DNA of 37,029 bases from an uncultured Clostridia bacterium (GTDB lineage: Bacteria > Bacillota > Clostridia > TANB77 > CAG-508), in the NCBI GenBank assembly GCA_947625925.1, contig CANQQC010000002.1:1-37029 (forward strand), in the 5' to 3' direction. How positions within the stretch are numbered: position 1 is the first letter of the stretch; each line of letters begins with the position of its first letter. The notes beneath the pieces were generated by a model. The model searched no databases and had not been told where the DNA came from. It worked only from the letters and a program-made list of their open reading frames with translations. The position numbers were made by a program, and so were the translations under genes. Shown piece by piece: positions 1 to 8,844 of the stretch.

Positions 1-1
1 T

Positions 2-1417
2 ATATATACAGTTGACTTAGAAAGAGTTGTTTTTATTGAACTAGAAGGATTTAATGACATTGATGACATTATCAACTACAAATTGGTAATTGAATTAATG
101 GGAAAACATAGTAATATTATCTTATTAGATGAATCTAATCTAATTATTGATAGTTTACGACATATCAAAGAAAATGATAGTAATTATCGTAATATATTAC
201 CACATTATAAATATGTATTTCCAAGTACTGATAAAATAAACATATACGATATAAATAACTTTAAAGATTTTGAAAAACAAATAGATATAAATAATATAGC
301 ATCATCAATTTGCAAAACTTTTAATGGAATAAGTAAAACTTTTATAAATGATGCTATTAGTTTTAATGACTCTTTAGAAGATATTTATAATTATATTCTA
401 AAAATAATAAATAATCTGCATCTTCTTGAATTAAAACCTTTAGATAATAATAAAGATTATAGTGTTAAAATTTCAGATAATAAAGATTTATTTTCATTAA
501 ACTTTCAAATAGATGATTTTTATACAAATAAAGAAAATAATAATAACCTAAAAACGTATAGAGATGGTATTTTAAAATTAATTTTAGCTACTTTAAAAAA
601 ATATAATAAACGTTTATATAACATTGATGAAAAACTTAAACAATGTGAAAATATGAATACTTATCAATTATATGGAGAATTGATTACAGCAAATTTATAT
701 AAAATAAAAGATGATAATATAGACTTTATAAATTTAGAAAATTATTATGATAATAATAATTTAATTAAAATACCTTTAGATAAAAGATATCCTCCAAGTG
801 TAAATGCAAAACATTATTTTAAAAAATATAATAAATTAAAAAACGCACTTGAAATAGTAACAAAACAAAAAGAAGAAACTATACAAGAATTAAATTATAT
901 AGAAAGTGTTGTATATGAAATAGATAGAAGTACTACTTTAGAAGAAATTGATGCTATCTATGAGGAGATTTCAGAACATAATATTTTTAAATTAAAATTA
1001 TCAAACCCTAACAAAAATTTAAAAGTAAAAAAATCTAAATTAACAAAAAATAAAACTGTTAAATTTAACCCTATAAAATACACTTTTGATAATCATACAA
1101 TTCTTGTTGGTAGAAATAATAATGAAAATGACTATTTAACTTTGAAATATGCAAATAAATTAGATTATTGGTTTCATACAAAAGATATACATGGAAGCCA
1201 TGTTATTTTGAAATCAAATCAAAATGAAGTTGTTTCAGATGATTTATTGATAAAATGTGCACAAATCGCGGCATTTCATAGTAAAGCAAGAAATTCTTCA
1301 AATGTACCAGTTGATTATTGTCTTGTGAAATACGTAAAAAAACCTTCTGGTAGCAAACCTGGTATGGTCATTTACACTAATAATAAAACATTAAATGTTC
1401 AGCCAAGTAATAAATAA
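2..1417 (+). CDS. rqcH: RqcH / NFACT-family ribosome quality-control protein (FbpA-like), 5' end cut by window edge
   Basis: The frame is open from nt 2 (IYTVDLERVVFIELEGF...), so the ORF-track start at 83 is internal. It has LVIELMGKHSNIILLD (NFACT-N-like), a Lys/Asn-rich coiled-coil middle, and C-terminal DYWFHTKDIHGSHVILK ... KPGMVIY (NFACT-R/DUF814-like). Confidence 0.85.
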   Translation: MYTVDLERVVFIELEGFNDIDDIINYKLVIELMGKHSNIILLDESNLIIDSLRHIKENDSNYRNILPHYKYVFPSTDKINIYDINNFKDFEKQIDINNIASSICKTFNGISKTFINDAISFNDSLEDIYNYILKIINNLHLLELKPLDNNKDYSVKISDNKDLFSLNFQIDDFYTNKENNNNLKTYRDGILKLILATLKKYNKRLYNIDEKLKQCENMNTYQLYGELITANLYKIKDDNIDFINLENYYDNNNLIKIPLDKRYPPSVNAKHYFKKYNKLKNALEIVTKQKEETIQELNYIESVVYEIDRSTTLEEIDAIYEEISEHNIFKLKLSNPNKNLKVKKSKLTKNKTVKFNPIKYTFDNHTILVGRNNNENDYLTLKYANKLDYWFHTKDIHGSHVILKSNQNEVVSDDLLIKCAQIAAFHSKARNSSNVPVDYCLVKYVKKPSGSKPGMVIYTNNKTLNVQPSNK

Positions 1418-1449
1418 AAAACTTTTATTAGTAAAAAATAATATAAAAA

Positions 1450-1478
1450 AGACTACATTAATTGTAGTCTCTTCTTTG
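1450..1478. terminator. Bidirectional rho-independent terminator between convergent rqcH and the 157-aa gene
   Basis: Hairpin AGACTACA-ttaat-TGTAGTCT (1450-1470). It is flanked by an A-run on the left (U-run for the minus transcript) and CTTCTTTG on the right. Confidence 0.6.
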
Positions 1479-1510
1479 TATTATTTTAATATTGTATAAT
1501 AATCCATCTT

Positions 1511-1984
1511 TTACATTAACATTAACGTTAATATTACTCCCCATATCACTTCTGCTTTTGACATAGCATGTGGTAATAATTCTATACTTTCATCTTCAAT
1601 ATTTTCTTTTTCATCTACAATTTCCATAGTATAATATTTTACATTATCTATTTTATAATATAATTCTATTGGACTTATCCCATTAGGTTCTACATTTCCA
1701 ATTTCTATATATCTTGTTCCTAATTCTACGTCTCTTGAAGAAAACAATTGTAATTTTATAAACTTATTTGATATATCATTTTGTTCTGTATTATGTATAA
1801 CACCTTTAACTCTGCCACCTACTAAAGTAGCTTCTGCTTGGTATACTTCTATTTGACTATCTTTATTTATGCAATCAATTGGCTTATATGTAGAATTAAT
1901 ACCTACATTTATTAAAAAGTCCGACAATATCCAAAAAGCAACTATCCATAAAACATATTTTAATAGGGTTCCCATTCTTTTCAT
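1511..1984 (-). CDS. Hypothetical membrane protein: N-terminal TM, about 100-aa beta-rich middle, C-terminal TM
   Basis: 157-aa ORF with GAGAGG about 11 nt upstream of the ATG. N-terminal hydrophobic LLKYVLWIVAFWILSDFLI and C-terminal VIWGVILTLMLM. The middle loosely resembles FxLYD-type beta-sandwich domains (IELYYKID); this is not verifiable here. Confidence 0.5.
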   Translation of the reverse strand: MKRMGTLLKYVLWIVAFWILSDFLINVGINSTYKPIDCINKDSQIEVYQAEATLVGGRVKGVIHNTEQNDISNKFIKLQLFSSRDVELGTRYIEIGNVEPNGISPIELYYKIDNVKYYTMEIVDEKENIEDESIELLPHAMSKAEVIWGVILTLMLM

Positions 1985-2019
1985 AGTATTTTTTACCTCT
2001 CATTTTTATTTATTACTAT

Positions 2020-2048
2020 ATTATACCAAAAAAAGCGTTTATTTTCAA
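2020..2048 (-). promoter_or_regulatory. Sigma-A type promoter for the 157-aa gene
   Basis: Minus strand reads TTGAAA (2043-2048), a 17-nt spacer ending in TGg, then TATAAT (2020-2025). This is a near-consensus extended -10 promoter. Confidence 0.6.
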
Positions 2049-2064
2049 GGTTTTGTAATTTTAT

Positions 2065-2283
2065 TTAGTCAATATGAACATTTGGATTCATTTCTTGAGT
2101 TGTTTTCCAATTAATATTATATCTTTGTTTTAATATTTTCTTTTTATATTTTTCAAAAATATGTATATATCCCAAACCTTTTTTTATATTTTTAGTCTTA
2201 AGTATCTCTTCAACTTCTTTATTAACTTTTTTAAATATTTCTCTATACTCTTCATTATATTCAATCTCATCATGCTTTAGCAT
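2065..2283 (-). CDS. Hypothetical small protein (72 aa), Lys/Glu-rich, no TM
   Basis: Strong RBS AAGGGGGA about 10 nt upstream of the ATG. It starts 21 nt after the stop of the 559-aa gene. I recognise no motif. Confidence 0.55.
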   Translation of the reverse strand: MLKHDEIEYNEEYREIFKKVNKEVEEILKTKNIKKGLGYIHIFEKYKKKILKQRYNINWKTTQEMNPNVHID

Positions 2284-2304
2284 ATATATAATTCCCCCTT
2301 ATTA

Positions 2305-3984
2305 TTATCTTTCATAAGAACTTTCTGCTTTTTGTTTGTCTATTTTTTTAACATTTCTTTTTATTTTCTTCATACTATCAAGAATATTATCTTCTATTTC
2401 TTCATTGTCATATACAACAATAACATCATTATCGAAATTTTTTATTATAATATTTCTGATAGTGTATTTACCTTCATCCTCTTCTATATCTTCTTTTATA
2501 TTGTTTATATGATAAAAATCTTCTTCTAAAAACATTTCATCGCACATTAAGATAGAAAATAATCCAGCTCCTAATCTTTCTTCTTCTGTATAATTCTGTT
2601 CAAATAAATCCATATCTAATATTCCTTTATCTTCGAATATAGCCAAAATATTATTTAAACAATCATCTCTATCAGAAGAATAGAAAAATTTAAATACTTC
2701 TTTTTGCTCATCTACTGTTAAGTCAAGTTTTTTTATAAATCTAAAAATAAATTCATTTATAGAAGGTGTATCTTCATTGTTAATACTTTTACTGATTTCA
2801 AAAATATATCTCATATATTCTTCATCAATTTCTTCATAGTAATTAAGTATATAATCTAATGAATCTTCTGTCTTTTCTATTTTTAACTCTTGATATATCT
2901 GCGCTAAATCATCTATATCTAACAAATCCGTTTCATACATATCTTCTATAATTGTTGGTACTAAATTAAAAGGTATTCCATATAACAAATCAGCTACTTC
3001 ACAAAATTTTTCATAGTCTCTTTTACAATGATTATACCATCCATCAATTAAATCAACAGTAGTATCTGTATATCCATATTCACTATATACATATTGGATT
3101 GATGGTCCTATTTCGTCAAGTATTTTTTTAATATCATCATCTTTTATATTATTCATATCAGGACAAATTTCTCTAATAATTTTGTCACAATATGCCTTTT
3201 CTAAGATACAACTTCTTGTTGTATAATATTTTTGATCATCTAGTTTAGTATCACCATACAAACAATTCTCATCTAAAGTTTCTTCATAATATTGTCTAAT
3301 TAAATTTGCCATATCATTTTCTATTGATGCTAAAGCTTTTTCTATTTCATTATTATTTAAATAGTTTTCATTATCCCTTAATTCAAGAATTTTTCTACCA
3401 ATATCTTCAAATTTTTCTCCTAATATATCTGTACAAAAAAACATAAATTCATTTTTTGATTCAAAGAAATATTTTTCTATTGCTTCATCATCATGTCCAC
3501 TTTGAATTAGTGCATATTGTAATGCTCTTATAAAACTTCCTTCTCTATAATATGAAATTGATTCTACTCCCTTTTCTTTTTTATCTTCATATTCTTCTTT
3601 ATGTATATATGGAATTTCTTTATTATTTCTTAAATTATAATTTATGCACATATCAGCAAATAAATCAGCATATCCTTCCTCAATAGCATGATTTATTTCT
3701 TTAGTAGATATTAAATCTGAAAAAGCATGTGCATACTCGTGAATAATTGTTGATAAATTAACAATTTTATTTTTATTTTCTAAAAACTGTTCTTCTGTTA
3801 TAAAGATTTTTTTATCTATATAATATCCTGCAAAATTCTTGTTTTCTTCTGCTGAATCCATACTTACAGTAATTTCATCTATAACTTCATTAACTTTATT
3901 TAGAACTTCACTTCCGAATGTATCTAAAACAAATTGTCTAATCATTTTTTTTGCTGTTATATTTAGTTTCTCTAAATCATCCAT
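2305..3984 (-). CDS. Putative cytoplasmic zinc metallopeptidase-like protein (gluzincin-type HExxH ... EEGYAD) with a long acidic helical C-terminal region
   Basis: HEYAH is encoded at 3727-3741 (CAC GAG TAT GCA CAT on the minus strand), with AIEEGYADLFAD 16-17 residues later. I prefer the start at 3984 (GGGAGAAAAAGGATAGG upstream) over the ORF-track start at 4032, which has no RBS and overlaps addA by 25 nt. No signal peptide or TM. Confidence 0.5.
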   Translation of the reverse strand: MDDLEKLNITAKKMIRQFVLDTFGSEVLNKVNEVIDEITVSMDSAEENKNFAGYYIDKKIFITEEQFLENKNKIVNLSTIIHEYAHAFSDLISTKEINHAIEEGYADLFADMCINYNLRNNKEIPYIHKEEYEDKKEKGVESISYYREGSFIRALQYALIQSGHDDEAIEKYFFESKNEFMFFCTDILGEKFEDIGRKILELRDNENYLNNNEIEKALASIENDMANLIRQYYEETLDENCLYGDTKLDDQKYYTTRSCILEKAYCDKIIREICPDMNNIKDDDIKKILDEIGPSIQYVYSEYGYTDTTVDLIDGWYNHCKRDYEKFCEVADLLYGIPFNLVPTIIEDMYETDLLDIDDLAQIYQELKIEKTEDSLDYILNYYEEIDEEYMRYIFEISKSINNEDTPSINEFIFRFIKKLDLTVDEQKEVFKFFYSSDRDDCLNNILAIFEDKGILDMDLFEQNYTEEERLGAGLFSILMCDEMFLEEDFYHINNIKEDIEEDEGKYTIRNIIIKNFDNDVIVVYDNEEIEDNILDSMKKIKRNVKKIDKQKAESSYER

Positions 3985-4007
3985 TTTTCCTATCCTTTTT
4001 CTCCCAA

Positions 4008-7000
4008 TTAAACTTCTATTATTCCAAGCCATGTAGAATATATATAACTTTTTGAAACTTTAGTATTTAAAGCTTCTTCTAATGCTCTTTTATATAATTC
4101 TATTTGCTTTTTATATTTTTTTATCAATTCTTGTTCTTGTCCTTTTTCAACATAATCTGTTTTATAATCTAATAAGATATATTCTCCTTGTTTGTTTTGA
4201 TAATATAAATCTATTATTCCTTGAACAAGAATCATTTCTTCTGTATCTTCTCCATAAATTTCTTTTGCAGGAATATGAATATAAAATGGTTTTTCTTTAT
4301 AAACTTTTTTAGCTTCTTTTAAATCTTTCCATATTTTTGTTTTGGTAAATTCTAAAATCACATATGGATTGATTGCTTCTGCTTCTTTGTTTGTTATTAT
4401 TTCTCTTTTTTCTAAATCATTTATAAGTTCTTTTACTTTATTTATATCATAATCAATACTAACATCAAGATTTTGCATACATAAATGTACTAGAGTTCCT
4501 TTTTTTGCTCCAGTAATTTTCTCTTGTTCTTCATTTTTTATGAATTCTGGTTTTGAAAAACTTATCTCTTTTATTTTTTCATTATTTTTCATCTGTTTTA
4601 TTTCACTTACAGATGTTTTTGTTGGAATCTTAGTTGAAAGCCTATATGGATATTGATATTCTATTATTTTTGCTATATTATTGATATCTTGTTTTGAAAT
4701 ATTTTTTGTTATTATTTTTTCTCTTATATCAATATCTTCTGTTTTTTCCCTCTTTTCAAATTTATTTATCAATTGTTTTTTATCGAAAATGTTAATATTT
4801 GCAATTTGCTCCATTTTTTGTTTTTCATATCCATATACTAAAAGAATCCAATCTAAATATGTTTTATATTGCTTTAATAATATAGGGTTGATTTTCTTCA
4901 GATTTTTTGGATATATTCTTATTTTTTCTTCTAGTTTTTCTTTTTTCTTATTATAGTCTTTTTGGATTCCTGTAATTATAAGTTTTTCTTTAGCTCTCGT
5001 TAATGCAACATATAGTATTCTCATTTCTTCAGATAGATTTTCCACTAACATTTTTTCCTTAATTGCTGCTTTTGTAAGTGTATCATATTCAATTTGTCTT
5101 TCATAATCTATATATTTAACACCAATTCCCATTTCTTGATGTAATAAAATATTTTTATTTAAATCCATCATATTAAATTGTTTTCCTGTACTTGATAAAA
5201 ATACAATAGGAAATTCCAATCCTTTACTCTTATGAATACTCATTATTCTAATTACATTATCATTTTCACCAATAACTTTTGCAGATGTTAAATCTCCATT
5301 ATTCAACTTTAATTTATCAATAAATCTTATAAAATTATATAAACCCTTAAAACTTGCTGTTTCATATTGTTTTGCTTTTTCAAATAAAAGTTTTAAATTG
5401 GCTTGTCTTAATTCTCCATTTGGCATTAAACCAACATAATTATAATAACCTGTATCCGAATAAATCTTCCAAATTAATTCATCTAATGCTAAATATTCTT
5501 GCTCTTTTCTCCATGTTTCTAAATTATCTAAAAAAACTTTAATTTTTTCTCTTAATGCCTTATTAACTTGTATCTTAGCTTTTTGCATACAAGTATAAAA
5601 ATTTGAATATTTGTCTACTAATCTTATTTCCACCAAATCATTATCTGTAAATCCAGCTATATTTGATCTTAATACAGTTGTTAAAGGTATGTCCAAAGTA
5701 GGATTATCTATAATCTTTAATAATGCCATTATAGTTTCTATTTCAATAGAATCCAAATATTGGTTAGAAGAATCAGAAAAAACTGGCATTTCATGTTTTA
5801 ATATTTCTTGTTCATAAGTTGGTGCAATAGCCGATGGAGATCTAAGTAGTATTACTATATCTTTATATGTAACATCTCTAAATATTTGCTTTTTATTATC
5901 ATAAACTTGAAATTTAGAATCAATCATTTCTTTTATTTTATTTGCGACAAATCTTGCTTCAAGTTCTACATCTTCTATTCTTTCTTCTTGTTCTTCATTA
6001 TCATCTTCTTCTTGTTCTTTTTCTATTGTTATTACATTTATCTGTGTTTTTAAATCTTGATCATTATTTTTATAACTTGCACCTAAATTTAAAAATTCCT
6101 CTTCAATATATTCTATATCTCCTAATAGGTTACTCATAATATTTTCAAAAATCATATTTGTAAAATCTAATACATTTTTTCTACTTCTAAAGTTTTTAAA
6201 TAATTGAACTTTTAAATCATCACTTTCTTGAAACTTTTCTTTTATTTTATACTTACTATATTTATTTAAAAATAGTTCTGGCATTGCTTGTCTAAATTTA
6301 TATATACTTTGTTTAACATCTCCAACCATAAACATATTATTACCTTTTGATATTGATGTTAAAATATATTCTTGTACAAGATTACTATCTTGATATTCAT
6401 CTATTGCAATTTCTTCAAATTTATCTGAGTACTTTTTTGCAATATCTGTTTTTAAAATTTCACCATTATTTTCTTGTACTAAAATTTTTAATGCTAAATG
6501 TTCAATATCACTAAAATCAACAATATTTTTTTCTCTTTTTGAATTAGAAAATCTTCTTCCAAATTCTAAAATCAAATTTTTTAATTTATCAAGAACTATA
6601 TACATTCTATATATATCTTTATTAAGTTCTATAGATTTATCAATTAGAATTTTTTTTATTTTCGCATCTTTTCCAACATAGTTTTTCTTTATGTTATCAC
6701 GTACTAATTTGGCCTCATCTTTTGCTTGTGATTCTACTTTTTTTCTTGACCATGTTGCAAAAGTTAAATTTTGAAATATTTCATATGCATTATCCCAATT
6801 ATTCAAACTTTGTTTAAATGTTTTTAATTTATCAATATCATCTTCTATTATTTTTTGAAATGGGTCTAATTGGATGTCATATGATAAGCTTTTTTCTATT
6901 GATTGTAATTTTGTAATATCTTCAATCAAAATTTCATCAATTTGTTCTAATAATACGCTTCCCCATATAGTTTTAGAAAAATCATTATCTATTTCTTTTT

Positions 7001-7595
7001 CTAAATTAAACATCTCAATCTTATCATTTAGCCATTTTTCTGGGAATGGATTACTTTGTATATATGTATAAATATTTTGAACTATATCTTTTAGGGGTGT
7101 ATCATCTCTATAGCTTGTATATGTAGTTATTAGTTTTTCAAAATCTTTATCTTGATTTTCATATTTCTCTTCAAATATTTCTTCTAGTACTTCTTGTTTT
7201 ATTAACTCTATTTCGGCTGTATCTGCTATTCTAAAATTTGGAGAAATGTTTTCTAGTTCATAGAAATTATTTCTAACAACTTCCAAACAAAAAGAATCTA
7301 TTGTACAAATATTTGATTTATTTAATAGTGTTATTTGTTTTTGTAAATTTAAATCATCAGGATTCTCTTCTAATTTTTTGTATATTGCTTCTAATATTCT
7401 TTCTCTCATTTCAGAAGCAGCAGCATTTGTAAATGTAACCACAAGTATTTTATCAATATCAACTTTTTCATTTACAATCTTATTTATTATACGTTCAACT
7501 AAAACTGCCGTTTTTCCACTCCCAGCAGCTGCAGCGACTAAAATATTAGATCCTTTTTCATATATTGCTTGTTTTTGTTCGTTTGTCCAATTCAT
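4008..7595 (-). CDS. addA: ATP-dependent helicase/nuclease AddA (RecB-like, UvrD-type helicase plus PD-(D/E)XK nuclease)
   Basis: MNWTNEQKQAIYEKGSNILVAAAAGSGKTAVLVERI (Walker A), VVTFTNAAASEMRERI, IDEYQDSN, and the C-terminal nuclease motif GIIDLYY...ILLDYKTDY. Start chosen at 7595 (AAAGGAG then 5 nt then ATG) rather than 7625. Confidence 0.92.
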   Translation of the reverse strand: MNWTNEQKQAIYEKGSNILVAAAAGSGKTAVLVERIINKIVNEKVDIDKILVVTFTNAAASEMRERILEAIYKKLEENPDDLNLQKQITLLNKSNICTIDSFCLEVVRNNFYELENISPNFRIADTAEIELIKQEVLEEIFEEKYENQDKDFEKLITTYTSYRDDTPLKDIVQNIYTYIQSNPFPEKWLNDKIEMFNLEKEIDNDFSKTIWGSVLLEQIDEILIEDITKLQSIEKSLSYDIQLDPFQKIIEDDIDKLKTFKQSLNNWDNAYEIFQNLTFATWSRKKVESQAKDEAKLVRDNIKKNYVGKDAKIKKILIDKSIELNKDIYRMYIVLDKLKNLILEFGRRFSNSKREKNIVDFSDIEHLALKILVQENNGEILKTDIAKKYSDKFEEIAIDEYQDSNLVQEYILTSISKGNNMFMVGDVKQSIYKFRQAMPELFLNKYSKYKIKEKFQESDDLKVQLFKNFRSRKNVLDFTNMIFENIMSNLLGDIEYIEEEFLNLGASYKNNDQDLKTQINVITIEKEQEEDDNEEQEERIEDVELEARFVANKIKEMIDSKFQVYDNKKQIFRDVTYKDIVILLRSPSAIAPTYEQEILKHEMPVFSDSSNQYLDSIEIETIMALLKIIDNPTLDIPLTTVLRSNIAGFTDNDLVEIRLVDKYSNFYTCMQKAKIQVNKALREKIKVFLDNLETWRKEQEYLALDELIWKIYSDTGYYNYVGLMPNGELRQANLKLLFEKAKQYETASFKGLYNFIRFIDKLKLNNGDLTSAKVIGENDNVIRIMSIHKSKGLEFPIVFLSSTGKQFNMMDLNKNILLHQEMGIGVKYIDYERQIEYDTLTKAAIKEKMLVENLSEEMRILYVALTRAKEKLIITGIQKDYNKKKEKLEEKIRIYPKNLKKINPILLKQYKTYLDWILLVYGYEKQKMEQIANINIFDKKQLINKFEKREKTEDIDIREKIITKNISKQDINNIAKIIEYQYPYRLSTKIPTKTSVSEIKQMKNNEKIKEISFSKPEFIKNEEQEKITGAKKGTLVHLCMQNLDVSIDYDINKVKELINDLEKREIITNKEAEAINPYVILEFTKTKIWKDLKEAKKVYKEKPFYIHIPAKEIYGEDTEEMILVQGIIDLYYQNKQGEYILLDYKTDYVEKGQEQELIKKYKKQIELYKRALEEALNTKVSKSYIYSTWLGIIEV

Positions 7596-7615
7596 ACTTT
7601 CTCCTTTTCTTCGAT

Positions 7616-7644
7616 ATTTTACCATTTTCTTATACTAAATTCAA
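7616..7644 (-). promoter_or_regulatory. Sigma-A type promoter for addA
   Basis: Minus strand reads TTGAAT (7639-7644), a 17-nt spacer ending in TGg, then TAAAAT (7616-7621). It lies directly after the mscS-like terminator and about 20 nt before the addA start. Confidence 0.5.
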
Positions 7645-7686
7645 CAAAAAAATAACTAATTTAAAACTATCTTTTAAATTAGTTAT
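7645..7686 (-). terminator. Rho-independent terminator of the mscS-like gene
   Basis: Perfect 15-bp stem ATAACTAATTTAAAA/TTTTAAATTAGTTAT (7652-7666 and 7672-7686) with a 5-nt loop. It is followed on the minus strand by a U-run (A-run at 7646-7651). It starts 9 nt after the stop codon. Confidence 0.65.
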
Positions 7687-7694
7687 TTAATTTT

Positions 7695-8591
7695 TTAAAC
7701 ACTTGCACTTTCAGTTGCAGAAGTATATAATATTATATTACCTTTTTTATATTCTTGTAATATATGTTCATAAATATTATTTTCTACATTTCTTACCATT
7801 TTTGGATGAACCAAAAATCTAATAGATAATTCCAAATGATCCTTTACTAATTTCGTATAAATTATAGGTTCTAATTTATTAAAATAAATTCTATATTCAA
7901 CCGTTGCTTCTTCCATTGCATCTTCCATATTTTTTGGAATAGTCTTTAAAATCTCATCCTTTCTTAGAATGTTATGTATAATCTTCTTTGTTTTCTCTAA
8001 ATCTGAATTTAAATCAACATCTATTACTACTTCATCCCAAACATATTTAAATGCTTTAACATAGTTTTTTAAAGGTACGTTGAAAATTTCAGTATTTGGT
8101 ATATGTGTTATTTTTCCTGTACTTTGTTCTCCTTTTTCTTTTTCCTCAATATCTAAAACATCAAATCCTAACGCATGTATATTTATTACATCTCCCCTAA
8201 TACCATCAATTTCAATTCTATCTTCTAATTCAAAAGGCTTTGATACTCTTATATATAACCCAGCAAAGAAGTCAAATATTATTTCTCTTATTGCAATTGC
8301 AACACCCGCAGATATAAAACTTATTAGTGTCATAATACTTTCAAGTTTTTCGCTCCAAACAAATAATATTGAAACAAATGCAACTACATTTAGAATTATT
8401 TGTAATGTTTTGTTAAAAAAGAATTTTTTCTTTCCACTAATACTTATATTAGCATAAACCTTTTTTATTATAAATTTTATAATTAAACATACTACTAATA
8501 TTTCTAAACTTTTAACAGTTAATATTATATAGCTTGGATCTATTCCAAATATTTCTGCAATATATTTTGAAATTTCTTCTAAATAATTCAT
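7695..8591 (-). CDS. Mechanosensitive ion channel family protein (MscS-like)
   Basis: Three N-terminal TM segments, then RVSKPFELEDRIEIDGIRGDVINIHALGFDVLDIE, which matches the MscS TM3/beta-domain signature. RBS AAAGGAGG. Confidence 0.7.
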   Translation of the reverse strand: MNYLEEISKYIAEIFGIDPSYIILTVKSLEILVVCLIIKFIIKKVYANISISGKKKFFFNKTLQIILNVVAFVSILFVWSEKLESIMTLISFISAGVAIAIREIIFDFFAGLYIRVSKPFELEDRIEIDGIRGDVINIHALGFDVLDIEEKEKGEQSTGKITHIPNTEIFNVPLKNYVKAFKYVWDEVVIDVDLNSDLEKTKKIIHNILRKDEILKTIPKNMEDAMEEATVEYRIYFNKLEPIIYTKLVKDHLELSIRFLVHPKMVRNVENNIYEHILQEYKKGNIILYTSATESASV

Positions 8592-8758
8592 GTATTATTC
8601 CTCCTTTGCCCTAATTTTGCCTTAATTTCCCTATATTTTATTATATCATAATCCACTTAAAAAATCTAGTATTTTCAAGCTTTTATAGATTTTACAACGA
8701 AATATAAGAACTTAAATATTTTACTGTCTTTTAATTTTAAAAAATTGAATGTTTTCTA

Positions 8759-8787
8759 TTGAATTTATTTTGTTTTTATTATACTAT
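8759..8787 (+). promoter_or_regulatory. Possible promoter for the DUF4912/GH57 operon
   Basis: TTGAAT (8759-8764), a 17-nt spacer, then TACTAT (8782-8787). Only a moderate match. Confidence 0.3.
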
Positions 8788-8844
8788 ATATGCAGAGAAG
8801 TTTTATATATTTTTATATAACTTATGAACATAGGAGGAACTATA

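Noticed and set aside
3985-4032. ORF-track start of the 575-aa ORF at 4032, overlapping the addA 3' end by 25 nt
   Set aside because: There is no Shine-Dalgarno upstream of 4032. The in-frame ATG at 3984 is preceded by GGGAGAAAAAGGATAGG and removes the overlap. The feature is therefore reported as 2305-3984.
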